A stretch of 64,000 bases of DNA from Camelus ferus (lineage: Eukaryota). The notes under the pieces are model-generated. The model did not search any database. It saw only the letters and a program-made list of their open reading frames with translations, and was not told where the DNA came from. The position numbers and the translations under genes were made by a program. Below are positions 26,351 to 45,259 of this stretch, in pieces. The DNA is taken from contig NC_045717.1 of NCBI RefSeq assembly GCF_009834535.1, positions 26,660,001 through 26,724,000 on the forward strand. Reading direction: 5' to 3'. The first letter of the stretch is position 1. Each line of letters starts with the position of its first letter.

Positions 26351-26804
26351 CCTGTGATTCAGCGGGCGCCTCGGTCTACACCCTCCTTCTGCATCCCCCA
26401 CCCAGCCCTCCTGCGGCCACCTGGGTCACAGCCCTGACTTCCGGGGGCCCGGCTGCGTGGGCAGGGGCTTCGACCTGAGATGTCTCACCCATGCCTACAC
26501 CCTGTGGCCCTCCAGACCCGCAGGGACGTTTGCGCCTTTGAGCTTAAGATCTGAAGGGATCAGCCTGACCTGTGCAGTCTACCTTCCTGGCTTGGGCGTG
26601 CAATGATTTGGGGGTGACTGGGCGGCGGGAGGGGCAGGAGAGCCTTAGCAAGATGTGCCCAGGAAATTCCCGGGATGGCACCTGTTTTCTTCCCCCCTAG
26701 TATCCCTGGAGCTGGGGCTTGGACCACTAGAAATCAGCAGACGGGATGGTGGCAACTAATTTAACAAACACCTCAATCCTCTGGAGCAAGGAGTATTTCT
26801 CTTT

Positions 26805-26900
26805 GGGCCACGGTTTTCTCATCTACCAAGTGGGAGAATAATTAGTTCTGTTAGGTGGCTGTGAGGAAATACAAGTAAAATGACCTTAAGTATTGTTATG
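26805..26900 (+). mobile_element. MIR fragment
   Basis: ttttctcatctaccaagtgggagaataa...ggctgtgaggaaatac resembles the MIR core and 3' part. Confidence 0.6.
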
Positions 26901-27812
26901 ATTGTGTGTCTCTGCCCAGCCCCACAGTGGAAGGTAGGACTCCAGAGAGGACTCACATCTGGCGGGGCCTCAGGGAGCCCTGGGCGGGAAAGGGTGGGAG
27001 ATGCAGACCAGGAAAGTTCCCAGGCAGAGCAGGCGCGCTGGCTAGGGGTGTTCCTGGGTAGGGCCTGGCCTGTCACAGGCCTGGAGGGCCTGACTGTAAT
27101 GGTCAGGTCTGGGGAGCGCTGGAATGCAAGGCTGGACAGGCTGGAGAGAGTCCACCCAGGACAGGAGTGGAGCCAAACCTGGAGGCCCTGGGCGCCAGCC
27201 CCAGGCCTTGGCTTGATTCTGGGCGGGCGGCTCTGGAGGCCTACCGGCATCCCCCAGGGGTGGAGCTCAAGTCAGGGGTCCCCAGGCTGGCCCCTGCACG
27301 TGGGCAGGCGGATGGAACTGCTTCCTCCTTTCTGTGGCTGGGGAAACGGTGGCCCAGAGCCTGCGGCCAGGTCTCCCTGGAGACAGAGTCCGTGGGCTCC
27401 TCTTCAGCCCACTTTAGAGCCTAGAACCGAGAGGACGAACCAGGCGGGCAGCCCCGTGCCCACACCCTGCAGGACTTCCGGCCTTGGGTACCGGGAAGTG
27501 GCCGGCCCCTCCCTCCCCTGGCGGGCGGCTTCCTGCCCACCCTCACCCTAGGGCGCGGAGGGGGCGTGGGAACTGTTCCGGGACACAACCCTCCCTCTGC
27601 ACCCCACCACGGGCTGGGGGCCCAGGGACCCAGGGACCCAGGGACGGACTTTCCACCTCCCACTCCCTGGGATGGGGGTGAGCCACCCCAGCACCCCACC
27701 TGGTCCTCCTGGGCAAGACCACCCCTTACCACACTCAAGAGACCCCTCAGTGACCCCCAAGACCACCCCGTCCCCCAGGCGAGTAGGCAGGATGTTCACT
27801 TGTTTCATTTTG

Positions 27813-27818
27813 TTTATT
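27813..27818 (-). terminator. MIDN: MIDN poly(A) signal AATAAA
   Basis: GAAGGAATAAACAAAATG at the end of an approximately 1.8-kb 3'UTR with U-rich blocks. Confidence 0.8.
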
Positions 27819-29181
27819 CCTTCAAATATTGGTGTTTGTGTAGGTTTTTTCTTTTCCAATTTAATGTTTTCATACAGGAAACTCCCTCAAGGTGCTGGGA
27901 CGCCCCACTGCCCGACCCCCCAAGGGCATGTAATGCTTTCTTGTTGGGGGCCCTGGCGAGGGCAGAGGGGGGTGGGCGGTTCCTGCCTGGGGCCTCCACC
28001 CTCAGACCAGCGGAGGCACAGATGTTACTTAAAAATCTTAAAAAAAAAAAAAACAAACCATCAGAACACACATTAAATAGATATTCAAGACAGTGCGCTT
28101 CAAAAACAAACCTGCCCTTTTTTTCTTTTCTTTTTTTTTGGAAAATGAAAACAAACAAACGAATCATTGACCCCTACCCTCTGACCCCTCCCTGCCAACC
28201 CTCCCCCCCACAAAAAATGTACAGAGCTACAGTTAACACATGATGTTCACATCTGAAACCATTAACTTTAAACACGTAACGGGGTGGGGTGAGGACCTAG
28301 GGGTCACCTAGGGGGAAGGGGGGGCAGGCACAGGGTGAGGGGTGTTGCGCAGCACAGTTGGGTGGGGCCAGGACAAGACAGACAGGTGGGGGGCAAGGCC
28401 CAAACATCTCCATTATCAGTAAAAAATAAAAGTGAATGAAAAAACCCACCCCCATTGAAATGGCCCCAGTAGGGGGGTGTCTATCCCTCTGCCCTTGGGG
28501 GGTCCCCCGGGGCATGGGCATAAGTGGGGAGGGTCCAAATTAGACCAGCAGCGAACCCCCCCCAAGGGGGTTAATGCTACACAGCGTTGCCCCTACTGGG
28601 GGATTCACAGCTCAGCACCCCCTCCCCTCCCAGCTGCAGGAGGGCCCCCCCCACACACAGTCCACAGGCCCAGATCCCTCAGGTTGGGTGGGGAAGGAGG
28701 GCTGGGGGCATCTACCCTGCCCACCCTCCTCAGCCATTTCTCTCTCTACTTTTTCAAGAGATTCCCAACTACTATTGGCTCAGTCAGAAAATTAATCGTC
28801 TATAAATACCCCAAGCTCAGAAAAACGGGGTGGGGTGGGAGGGTGGCGTTGGAGGAAATCACACAGTGCGTGGATGGCAAAGGCTGGGGCGGGTCACTTC
28901 CCCTCCCTCCTTCCCTTTCCTTTCCCAGCAGGAAAGGGTACCCCACCCCAGCCAGCACCCCAAGGCAGGCTACGGCCAGCCTCTCCCCTGAAACAGCTTT
29001 TCTTTTCCAGGAAAAGGAAAATGGAAAAGGAGACCAGGAAGAGAAGAGAGGTACAGGTGTTGAAGGAGCAGTCCCAGCTGGTTGGGGCGCACCTGACCTC
29101 CCACGGCTCCCTGCTGTGTTGTTTTTTGAGCCAGAGTTTGCAGGGGGGGGCCCTCCTCTCTGTGGCCCCCTCCCCTGTCTG

Positions 29182-29189
29182 TAAAGTGC
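29182..29189 (-). promoter_or_regulatory. miR-17/20/93/106-family 8mer site (GCACTTTA) in the MIDN 3'UTR
   Basis: Exact seed match on the transcript strand; function not tested. Confidence 0.5.
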
Positions 29190-29585
29190 ATAATGAGGCA
29201 TCTACATTTTTGACTTAAACCTGAAAAGGGTGGGGAGGGCGGCAGAACGGAAGGGGGGGCGGCTTCCTCGTCTCCACTCTCAACCATCTGGAAAGACTGC
29301 TACATATTTGGAGCTCGGGAAGGGAAGGTGGGCGGGAGGAACCCGCGCGGGTCACAGATGAGGTTGGGAGAGGGAGGAAGGGGCGGGGAGTGTGAGCCGA
29401 ACCAAGTGTGAGGCAGGAACCCAAGTCCGCAGAGAGTTCGTTCAGAGAGCTCAGAAAACCATGGTAGGAATTGAAATTTTAAAAACAACAAAAAAACCAC
29501 CAGAAGGATGCTGGACTGGGAGGCCTGATCCTCCTGCGCGGGGCCACGCTCACGCCACCCTGGGCTGGGGCGAGGGGCAGGGTTC

Positions 29586-35563
<5,978 letters not shown>

Positions 35564-37136
35564 CCCCGGCCCGCGCTGGGGGGCTGGGGTCCGCGGGGCG
35601 CCGCCAATTCTCGCCGCGCCTCCGGGCAGGGTGGGGGGCTCCCCACACCAGGGTCCTCGAGGTCCCTGGGGGCTGGGGCGTGTGTCCCCTTGGAGATAGT
35701 CCTAGGAGCGGAAAGCAAATCAGGAATCAAAAATCCAAGTGGCGCTCCGAGGTCGCGTCGGTCCGTTGGGGCGCCTTCCTGGGTGGGTACTGCACTCGCG
35801 GCTCGTTTCAAGGCCGGCGGGCTCAGGGAAGGTTCCCGGAGGAGGGTGCGCCGCTGGGGCGGCCGCTCTCGAGGCCGTCTGCCGCTCGGGCCGCGCTTCA
35901 CCGCGCGTCCCCTCCCTTAGCAACAGCCGCCGCCGCCGCCGGAGGATCTGGGGGTGAAAGTAACAAGAAAAAAAAGTTATAATGTATCAACGTTCCGAGG
36001 GGCGGGGCTTCCGCCCCCTCCCATTCACTACTTACTCCGGCGGCCCGCGCAGGCCAATCAACGCTTGCTGAACGCCCGGTCGGCCACGCGGGCCGGCCAA
36101 TGAGAGCCGCCGCGGTGCCGCCCCACGTGGCCGCGCGGGCCCACCTCTCGCCCCACCCCCGGCCCGGTGGCCAAGCGAAGCACGGCGGGGGCGGGGCTGG
36201 CGCCGCTCCGGCCCGCCCCCGCGCCCCCCAACCCGCCTGCAACCATTCATAAGGCCGGAGCTGCAACAAAGGGCGGGCGGCCAGGCCCGAGGGGCGTGAG
36301 GACCCCTCTTGGGGCGACGCGTCGTAGGGGAAGCCGGCAGCCCAGGTCGGAGGAACAGGAAGCCGGGGCTTTCCCCCGCGCCCGTCTGGGAAGCCGCCGC
36401 GAGTGGACGCAGGAGGCGATTCCTGCGCCTCGTGGCCGGGTAGCTCGCGGGAGGGTCGGCTGGGGGCGCCCCCCACCCGTGAGGCGAGAAGCACCGGCGA
36501 GGGGTGGGGTTGCGGGCGGGGCCTGCACCACGGTGACGTGGCTGGTGCCGGAGGGCCCCTCCCGCGCCGGTGCCACCTCGCGTCCCACCCCCGTTCCGCG
36601 GGCCGGGCCCGCTTCCCGAGTCGCGCCCGCCCGAGCCGTGACGTGAGGTGGCGTCCCCGGCTGCGCCCGCGCTTGGCGCTCGGGGCTGCGGTGAGTCAGC
36701 AGCACTGGCGCGCCCTCTGCCGGCCCCGCCCGGGATCGCTGCTCGGAGACCCGAGGAGGGGGCGCCGAGGCCCGCGGGGCAGGCGGCAGGCCAACGGGAC
36801 TGGGGGGGGCGTTGGGGGAGCCTACCTAGGAGCGGAAGGTTCCCAGTCAGGAGAGTAAGGCCGCAGAGCCCGGAAAACTGATGTGGGAACGGCAACTAGC
36901 TCAAGGTCACTCGAGGGGAGGGGGGAGTGCCGGGGGGGCGGGGCGGGGGCAGAGGTCCCGCCCGGGCCGTGCTGGCTGCACCGAGTCCATTCCATTACAC
37001 ATCCCAAGGGGCTTCCCAGAACTGGAGACACCCTGAACTCTGCCTGCCCGAAGAACCAAGAAAAGTGGGGCACCCTTAAGGGACTAGAGTTGGAACCCCA
37101 CATCCTCGGCCCGCGAGGTCCCGCCCCCACACTCAC

Positions 37137-37215
37137 CAGGAGCGGCCAGCCCGAGGTCCCATTAGTCCAGAGTGTACCCACGTACGGGATGAATACGCGG
37201 TGGCAGAGCCGGTCT
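37137..37215 (-). other. MIDN: MIDN 5' exon 1 (start approximate); splices to exon 2 acceptor at 35947
   Basis: Donor CCTG|GTGAGT at 37137/37136; GATAAA about 30 nt upstream of the inferred start; strong U-rich acceptor ...ttcacccccag| at 35948. Confidence 0.65.
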
Positions 37216-37949
37216 GGGGCCGAGCAGGCGGCCCCTGAGCCTTTATCCGCGCCGCCTTCCCTCGGGGTGGAGTTTGGGTGGCCAGGAGGCGGGGGACCAG
37301 CCGGGCGGTGACGCAGGCCGGCCCCCGCCCCTGCCTGCTGGCCAGGGCCCTAGGGCGCCGACCGTCCTGTGCCACCCGCCCCCTAAGCCTCCCGCCCTGG
37401 AAGCGAGGGGGAGGGGCGCTCCTTGAATGCTACCAACCGGGGTCGCAGTCGGGCCCTGCAGACGACTCAGGCGCATCCGCACTCCAGCCCACTGGAAGGG
37501 GTTTCAGGGTGCACAGCTGGATTCCTTGCCCTGCCCCCTTTCCTGCCGCCCCAGACCAGTGCTTCCGCCTGGGGGCTCCAGAGTAGGAGAGCGGGAAGGG
37601 GGGCCTGAGTCAGCGGCCACGGTCCAGGAAAACAGGCCCGAGTCACCTGCCTGTAGTGGGGGTGTCCAGCCGGCTGCCGGGAGCCCGGCTTCTCGCATCC
37701 CTTAGCAGTGACCTCAGAGGGCATTTATGGAGCGATTCACCAGCGCCAGGCCTGCCTTGTGCGTCCAGTCACCACCAGCTGGGCTCTTGCGACCCCTGGG
37801 GGACACTGGCTTTTGTGAGCCTCAGTTTCTCCAGGGTGGCAGTGGAACGAAATGAGAATATAGCAGGTCTCACTCTGGAGCCTAGGGACATGGGGCCCTC
37901 ACCTAGACCCTGTAACATTGCCATCACCCCAACAAGTGGACTCACATGC

Positions 37950-38060
37950 TGGTACCCAACCCTCGGGATAGGTGTAATCACTCAACCCATTTTACAGGTG
38001 AGGAAACTGAGGACACACAGCCAGTAACAAGCAGAAGCCTGGCAGGTCCTCAGGTGGCCT
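37950..38060 (-). mobile_element. MIR fragment
   Basis: cccattttacaggtgaggaaactgagg is an inverted MIR core. Confidence 0.75.
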
Positions 38061-40663
38061 TGTGTAGGGGGCTTTCTAAAAGGATGACCCTGGATGAGGG
38101 TAGGCCTCTCTTGGTCCTCCTTCCCACTCTGTCCAGGACGGGACCCCAGGCCACTCCTGTCCACTTATCTGGTGTCTCCCTTTATCTGACCTGACCACCT
38201 CCACCCCCACCCTCACCCTGGGTGCCCCTCCCAGGGCTGTGTTGCTTTCCAGGTCTCCATCATGCTCCCACCCAATGCTCCTGCAGTCTCTGGTCCCCCA
38301 ACCTGGTCACAGGCACACCCAGACACTCCCAGCCCCACAACGTCAGGGCTGGGCCCAAGGGAGGGGCTGTCAGAACCCTTGGGAGGGGGTCATGGGGTTG
38401 AGGGGTGGACAGCAGCTGGCCAGAGGAAGATAACAGTGCTCCAAGGAAGAGCAACAATCAGCACAAAGCACTGGCGGCTGGAGTGAGTGCCCCCAGAGTG
38501 CATGTGGGGCTGAGCTGAAGGGCTGCGGGCCAGGTTGGCTTGGCTTGCAAAGAGCACACAGAGGTCGTGCAGGGAGACACGGGCTCTGAAGCCGGAGTAT
38601 CTCAACGTTGGAGGGCTCAGGAGAGTGGCCAGGTGGCAGACCAGGTGGGACCCACAGATGGGCAGGTAGTGCTGGGTGGGGGCTTTGATTCCGGGGAGTG
38701 GGTTTAAGATCTCATTGGACCTGGTTCCTCTGGGGACTAAAAACTGGGCTGTCCTCCTGGAATGTAGCCGCTGACGGTCACACACATGGAGGGCCAACCT
38801 CAGATCAGCCTGCCTCCCTGCCTTTCCCACTTAGCATCCTTGTGCCACGGTGGCAGGTCCCAGGATGTGAGCGCACCCCCTCCTGGGAGGGACATGAACC
38901 CTTGGGCGCCACAAGGCCCGAGGCCTCCCCTCTTGGAAGGGGTCATGACCCTCTGGTTCCTGGCCCTGGCCCTGTGACCTGTCCCACCCCAGGATGCAGC
39001 CCAGCCAGCACAAGCTGTTCCTGCAGCCCAGCAGGTGCAAGTGTCCCCAGGCTGGGCTCCAAGGCTGCCACATTCCCCAGGGGCCTGCGCCATGCTGGGG
39101 GGTCCTAGCTGCATCTGGTTGTGTCGCACAGCCAGGGGCTGAGGCCTCAGGGGGTGGGGGTGCTAGCAGGGTCCCTGGTGTGGGGCCGCCGGTCCGGTGG
39201 ATTAGTGAAGGTCTCCTCCCACAGGCCCCCACCAACCCCCAGCCATGTCTCTGGTCTTATTTATAGACCAGATAAGGAGACAGGCCAGGAACTCCAGGAC
39301 CTGGGCTCTAAAGCCAGGAGACGGAGAGGGGTGGGGTTGCACTTGTGACCCCCAAAGCTGTCACAGCTGTCACACCTGTCTGAGCTGGGGGTTTCTGGGA
39401 TAGAGGGAGCTGGCTACTCCAGCCTCACCTGCCCAAAAAGTAACAAGACTTGGATGGATGTCCCCCATGCTGCAAGCTTGCCTAGAGCCTCCCATGTTCA
39501 CATCTCCCCCATGTCGAGCCTTAGAGACAACCTGGGAACAGTCACTTGCACGGGACTGTGACACACAACCAGCCTGTCTGTGCTGATGACAAGCCCTGGA
39601 GTGGCCTCCCCATCACCTTCTGGCTGCCAGTGACACACAGGGAGGCCCAAGCTCACCTACACTCACCCCGCTGGAATCCCCTGCCAGCTCTGCTCAGCCC
39701 AGGACCAGGGAGCAGGGTGAGGAGACCCCTGCCTGCCACCCGGAGCTAGCGCCTAGGCCACCCCACCCAGGTCAGAAGAGGGAGTTACTGGTTGAAAAAG
39801 ATGGGGCAGCCCTGAAGCTTCAAGGTACCAGGCTGGCCCCTGCCTGGTCACTCCACCCATCTGGGGCAGGCCCATGGGCCTGGGTGCCATGGAGGTGCCA
39901 ACACCACCAGGGACTGGGCGCCCAGCCAGCTGGGGCCACCCACAGGCCAGGCAAGCACAGGGCAGTGCCTCCGTGGGAGCAGGCAGGACCCACCTCTTCC
40001 CAGCGCAGCTGGGGCAGGGCTGAGGAGCTGGCGGGGCAGACATCACAGCCCAGAACTGGAGCCCAGCAGAGCCCTGTCTGTCCAGCAGCCCGAGCCCAGT
40101 CCAGAAGCAGCGGCCACACCCCTGCCTGCTGTCCCCAGCCCTGGCTAATGACCTTTGCCCGTCCCCACCCTCCTGGGGTGAGGGCCAGCACCCAGCCCAC
40201 AACCCAGCCTGGCTTCATGAGCTCTGTCCCCTGCACCCCTCAACACTCCAGCTTACTGCAGACAGCCAGGATGTCTCAGGTCACAGCCTCCTGACCCAAG
40301 AAAGGCAATGGCTGGCATTTACTGCCCCACCTCACTCGGTAGACACAGAGAGCTGGGGCAGAGACCAGGCTGGGTCCCGAGCCTGCTGCCCCAAGCAGGA
40401 CAAAGCCAGTATACACAAGTTGGCTCCCAGATCTTTAATGAGGGCCTTGGGAGGGGGCAGGCTGTCTGGGCGAGAAGGCTGGGAGCAGAGCTCTCTGCAG
40501 CAGGCTCGGCAGGGGAGTGGTGGGCAGCACATCAGGTCCAGGGGATCTTGGGAGGTGGGACAAGAGCCCCCAGAGTGACAATACCCACCACGGACAGGGC
40601 GAGTGTCTGAACTCGCCCCGCCCCACCAAGTTGGCCAGAGTTGCTGAGGGCTTGTTCCTGAGG

Positions 40664-40669
40664 TTTATT
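40664..40669 (-). terminator. ATP5F1D: ATP5F1D poly(A) signal AATAAA
   Basis: tttatt on plus strand, about 225 nt after the stop codon. Confidence 0.8.
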
Positions 40670-40891
40670 TAGCAGGAGGGGACAAAGCCCTGCAGGATGC
40701 CCTGGACAGAAGCTGGCCCTATGCTGCCACCTGGCGGCTTCCCAGCAAGGACCGCTTCCCCTAGGGAAGTAGTGCTCTAGGGGCTGTCTGGCCCGCTTCA
40801 CTCAGCCTCCTGCCCCCCAAGTCAGCCTGGACCACGGGAGCTGCCTCCGCTGCCTGGGCCTCCGCCACAGCCAACACGGGGCAGGCCCCGC

Positions 40892-42584
40892 CTACTCCAG
40901 GGCCTTCACCAGGGCCTCGCTGGCCTCGATGCGGATCTGGATCTCGGCCCTCGTGGCCTCATCTGCCGCCCCCAACAGCTCCGACTGCGCCTTCTCCAGG
41001 TTCGCCTTGGCCGCCTGCAGGGGGTGGGTGGCGGGTGAGGACTAAGCCTGGGCCCCAGCCCGACACCGGCCCCACATGCTAGTTCCCTCCCTGCAGCCAG
41101 GGAGTTCTCCACCAGCTTCGACCAGCTCTGTGCCTCGACATCCCCTGGGGCACTCACCCCCAGGTCCAGCATGTCCAGTGTCACAGCTTCTTCAGCCAGT
41201 AACTGCACCGAGGAATCAGCATTCACTGTGACAGAACCGCTGCTCACTGCGGAGGGGAAGGGGGAGTGAGAGCTCTATGTCCAGGCATGGGGGACACAGG
41301 CAGCCCGAGCCCCTACTGGGTTGGGAGGGTGAGCCCACAGCCTGGCTCCAAGGTCCAAAGGCTCAAGCACACAAGTAGATAGGTGACCACCAGGTGCACC
41401 CCCTGGAGGCTGGACATGGGGGCAAAGACCCCTCCCTCTGCCCACCAGCCCATGGGCTGAACCAAGGTCGGGGAAAAGCAGAACTGAGTTCAAGTCTCAG
41501 TTGTGGTGCTGGGAAAGAACCACGCTGCTGGATGACTTTCTTAGAATGGAGGATCCTTCCTCCTCCAAAGGGCCCCCTCCAGGCCACATTTTCACTTCTC
41601 TTCCCAGCACCTGTCAGCATGGGTCCCCCTCCCCTGACCAGTTCGACCCCTAACCACAGCCAGTCCAAAGCTGGGAAGCACTATGCCCTTTCTTACTCAG
41701 TCAACTGAAATGGGGACTTGTCTGCTGGGACCGGTGTCCTCTGCCCAGCCTCTTTCCTCTGCCCTCCACTCAACTCACCAAAGTATTTGGAAGTGGTACC
41801 GTCTTCAGCATGGACCACAACCAGCCCCGGCCGCAGGACCTGCAGGGTGGGCACATGGGCTGCCAGAATGCCGAAGGCTCCCGTCTGCGTGGGCACGTCC
41901 ACCTGCCGGACGTTGGCACCGTTGAAGAACACCTAGAGAAAGCGTGATGAACGGGTTGCTTCAGGCCAGTACCACGGAACCAGCATTTAGTCTCCCCTGC
42001 CATTAAACATCTACGTCAGAGCTGAAAGCTGATGAGGGACCCAGAGGCAGCTGCACTGGGACCAATGCTTCGGTGGGGTCCTCGAGCAAGGCTGCAGTGC
42101 CTTCGTCTACAAGAGAACGAAATCAAGCCACCATTCCTCCCGTAAGGAAACGCCGTTATGGCACAGCCACTGCAGGAGGGAGCATGCAGGAGGCGCATAA
42201 CTCGGAAGGGGTACCGGGGACTCCGGTCTGAATCACGTGGCGTTAGGGCGCATGCTGGGCGCAGATCGGAATGAGGGGCTGAGGGACGGCGACCACGGGA
42301 GTTGGGGGCTCGGATCCCGGACCAGACGGGATAGGGGCGCGGGACTGGAATGCAGGTCGCCGACCTGGAGACTGGGGGCTCGGATCCCGGACCACACGGG
42401 ACAGGGGCGCGGGTGCGGGGCCCGAGCCCGCGGACGTCCGAACCTGCGTGGGTGAGGCGAAGGTGAAGGACATCTGTCCCGGGCCAGCGACGGGGGCCGG
42501 GGCGGTGGCAGCCTCGGCGTAAGCGCGGGCCTGGCGCACGAGGCGGGCCAAGCCTGGGCGGCGGAGCAGCGCGGCAGGCAGCAT
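40892..42584 (-). CDS. ATP5F1D: ATP synthase F1 subunit delta, mitochondrial, 168 aa; exons 42584-42444, 41932-41779, 41246-41158, 41014-40892
   Basis: Presequence MLPAALLRRPGLARLVRQARAY, then QMSFTFASPTQVFF...GAFGILAAHVPTLQVLRPG...EALVKALE; 507 nt in phase. Confidence 0.98.
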
Positions 42585-42728
42585 GGCGGCAGGCGTACCG
42601 CGGTCGGCGGACGGCGGACGGCGGGGTGGAGGCTAGCGGACTCCGGCTGGACGCAAACGGCCTGGAGGGCGAGGAGGACGACGCGCGAGGACTTCTGGGA
42701 TAAGAATTCAAGTAGGGCGCACGCGCGA

Positions 42729-42806
42729 ACTACGACTCCCGGCGGGCTGCGCGCGATGTTGATGACGACGCACCGCCAGGGCGCGCGGCATCCTGGGGGT
42801 TGTAGT
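42729..42806. promoter_or_regulatory. ATP5F1D: ATP5F1D promoter with two oppositely oriented ZNF143/THAP11-type ACTACA-TCCC motifs
   Basis: ACTACGACTCCCGGCGGGC (plus, from 42729) and ACTACAACCCCCAGGATGC (minus, 42806-42788). Confidence 0.6.
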
Positions 42807-45259
42807 TTCCTTCCGACCCGAGCTCCCAGCCCGATGGTCAGTTATACGGTACTGCATGGAGAGGACCAGAAGTCTGCGTGAAGAGACACTTGAGTTGAAT
42901 ACAAGGTTTTGGGGACGCTCATTGGATGTCAGGCGCTGGAGAGATACCAGGGAAATATCAAGATTCCTGATACAGCTTGGGGTGGTGGGGGCGTTTAACA
43001 GACACTCAAAATAATGAATATGTCTTATAGTATGTCAGGAAGTAACAAACACAAACAAGAAAACAGTAGGGGTTCCGGAGTGCGCCGGCTGTAGGAAGTG
43101 CAGGCGTCCCGGCAACAGCATCCCAGGCGGAGGGTCTAGCGCGGGCAAGCGTTCAGCCGTGTGGGAAACGCTTGGCTGCAACTCCCGTTGACGTCGGCAG
43201 GGGGCGAACCGCTCCCGGAGATGCTCTCCGCCTGGCCCCTCCCGACCGGCCACCGCTTCCGCGCGCTGCTGACGTAGGGGCGCTTGCGCGGGCGGCCTGG
43301 GGCTCAGCGGACGTCACCGCAGCCCGCGCAGCCTCTCTCGCGGCGCTGACGTCACCGCCCCGCCCCCGCGTTTCTGCAGGTCTGCGCCCCGGGCCGGGCC
43401 CCAGCCCCCAGCCTGGATTCTGGGACAACGCAGAGTCCGGCTCAACCCACGTAGGGCCCACACCAGGAAGGGACTTGGCTGAGGACGGTACGGGGAAGGG
43501 TGTCACACCTGGGCGTTTGGCTCTGCAGGTGCTGTGGCCGAAAGAGGCTCCTACAGGGAAGCCTCGCGCCCAGACCCCCGCCCCCTCTCCGGGCCAGCGC
43601 TCAGGGGCACTCGGGGCGTCAGTCCCAGTTCCGTGGGCATCCTGGCTGTAGGCGAGTGTGTGCAGAGGAAAGCGCCTCTCACATTTGTAGGGGTGCGCCC
43701 TGTGCACGGCCACGACCTCTCACGGAGCGCCAGAGCCTATATATGGAGGCCTATTCCAAAAGACTCCTCAAACCAATCCACTCGGCTCATCTCTAATCCT
43801 CACTCCATGGTGGCCCAGGGGTAGGGGCGCTACCCACCCGTTTCTCAGGTCCCAAACATGGGGTTATACTGGAATTCTACAGTGGATCCATCCACAAGGC
43901 TCGTCCACCCAGTTCAGCCACTGCAGCGACTCTTCCTGGCTTGGATGGCCCCAGGCTCCTCCCTTGATGCTTTCTCCACACACAGCGAGAGGGACCGTGT
44001 CATTCCGCTGCTGGGAACCACAAGATGGCTTCCCCATTCCCTCCAACACAGTTTCGGACCTCGGACTTTGCACATGCATTTTCCACTGGCCATCCTGAGT
44101 GCCTGTCCGTTTGACTGCCCCTTGCCCTCCTTCAGCAGGGTCATCCTTTCATCCACTGGACACGCACGATCCCTCCAGTGTGCCGGCCCTGTGCTATGAC
44201 CAGGGACCGAGCTGTAAGAGAACTCCTGCCCTGTCACCATGGAGTGGGGAGAGGCGTGAGTAAGGACACAACACGGGGTCTTGGAGAAAAGCAAAGTACA
44301 ACAGGGGGATGGAGGAAGTGTGGGATGGGAGCTGCTTTGTGGGGCCAAGAGGAGATGAAGAATTTGCCACTGGGAAAGAGGTGACGGAAGCGAGGGAGGG
44401 ACTCTTGCCACTGAGTGAGGAAAGCCCTGCAGGCCCAGCCCCTCCAAGTGCAAAGGCCCTGAGGTTGGACTGGGCTTTCCGCTTTCACTGGAGGAGAAAG
44501 GGGTGCCATTTTGCTATGTTGAGCACAGGACTAGACAGGCTGGGCTGGGACCCAGACAAGGTTGGTGGCAGCTTGGTGGCCTTCACGTCTAGAAGGATTT
44601 GGCACGATTGCCCGAGAAGGAGCAGCTTTGGAATTGACCAGGCATGGGGTTTCTGAAGGGGTAGATCTGAGGTCACCCGGCGCTGGGCAGGCCCTGGTGG
44701 CACTGAGCATAGGTTGCGTTCATTATCTTTGCTCATCCTAACAAGGGCTCCTGGTGATCCCTGACAGTGCCGGAGCCCCTGGGCTGTGCATCCTGCAGAC
44801 TCCCAAGTTGGGGGAAGTGATGGAAGGGGAGTTTATGCACCCCAGGATTCCGGGCTGCGGGGAGTCGTGAGCCCCAGGACCAACACCACTTTGGTTTTCT
44901 TTCCTTGGGGATCCTGGGAAGGGTCGGGGAGTCGTGAAGGGGGGACCGGAGGCGGAGATTCAGCTGCCTCGGGAGAGGGCGGCTCCGCGTGGGGAGGGGG
45001 CGCCCGGGAGCGCAGGCTCCGCCCCCCGCCCCCGCCGGAAGGGAAGGGGAGGCGGTGGCTGGCGCGGAGCTAGTCAGACGCGGCGGCGAAAGCGGTGGGG
45101 GCGGCCGGCCGGGGACCGGGCGGCACCGGGCGACACCGAGCGGGTCGGAGCGGGCTTGCGGCCAACGCGATCACGTGTGCGGCCCCTCCTCTGGCGCCTG
45201 CCTCCCCCGTGCGCCGCGCTCTTCATTCATAAATTCTCCGCCTGCTCCGCGGCTACCGG

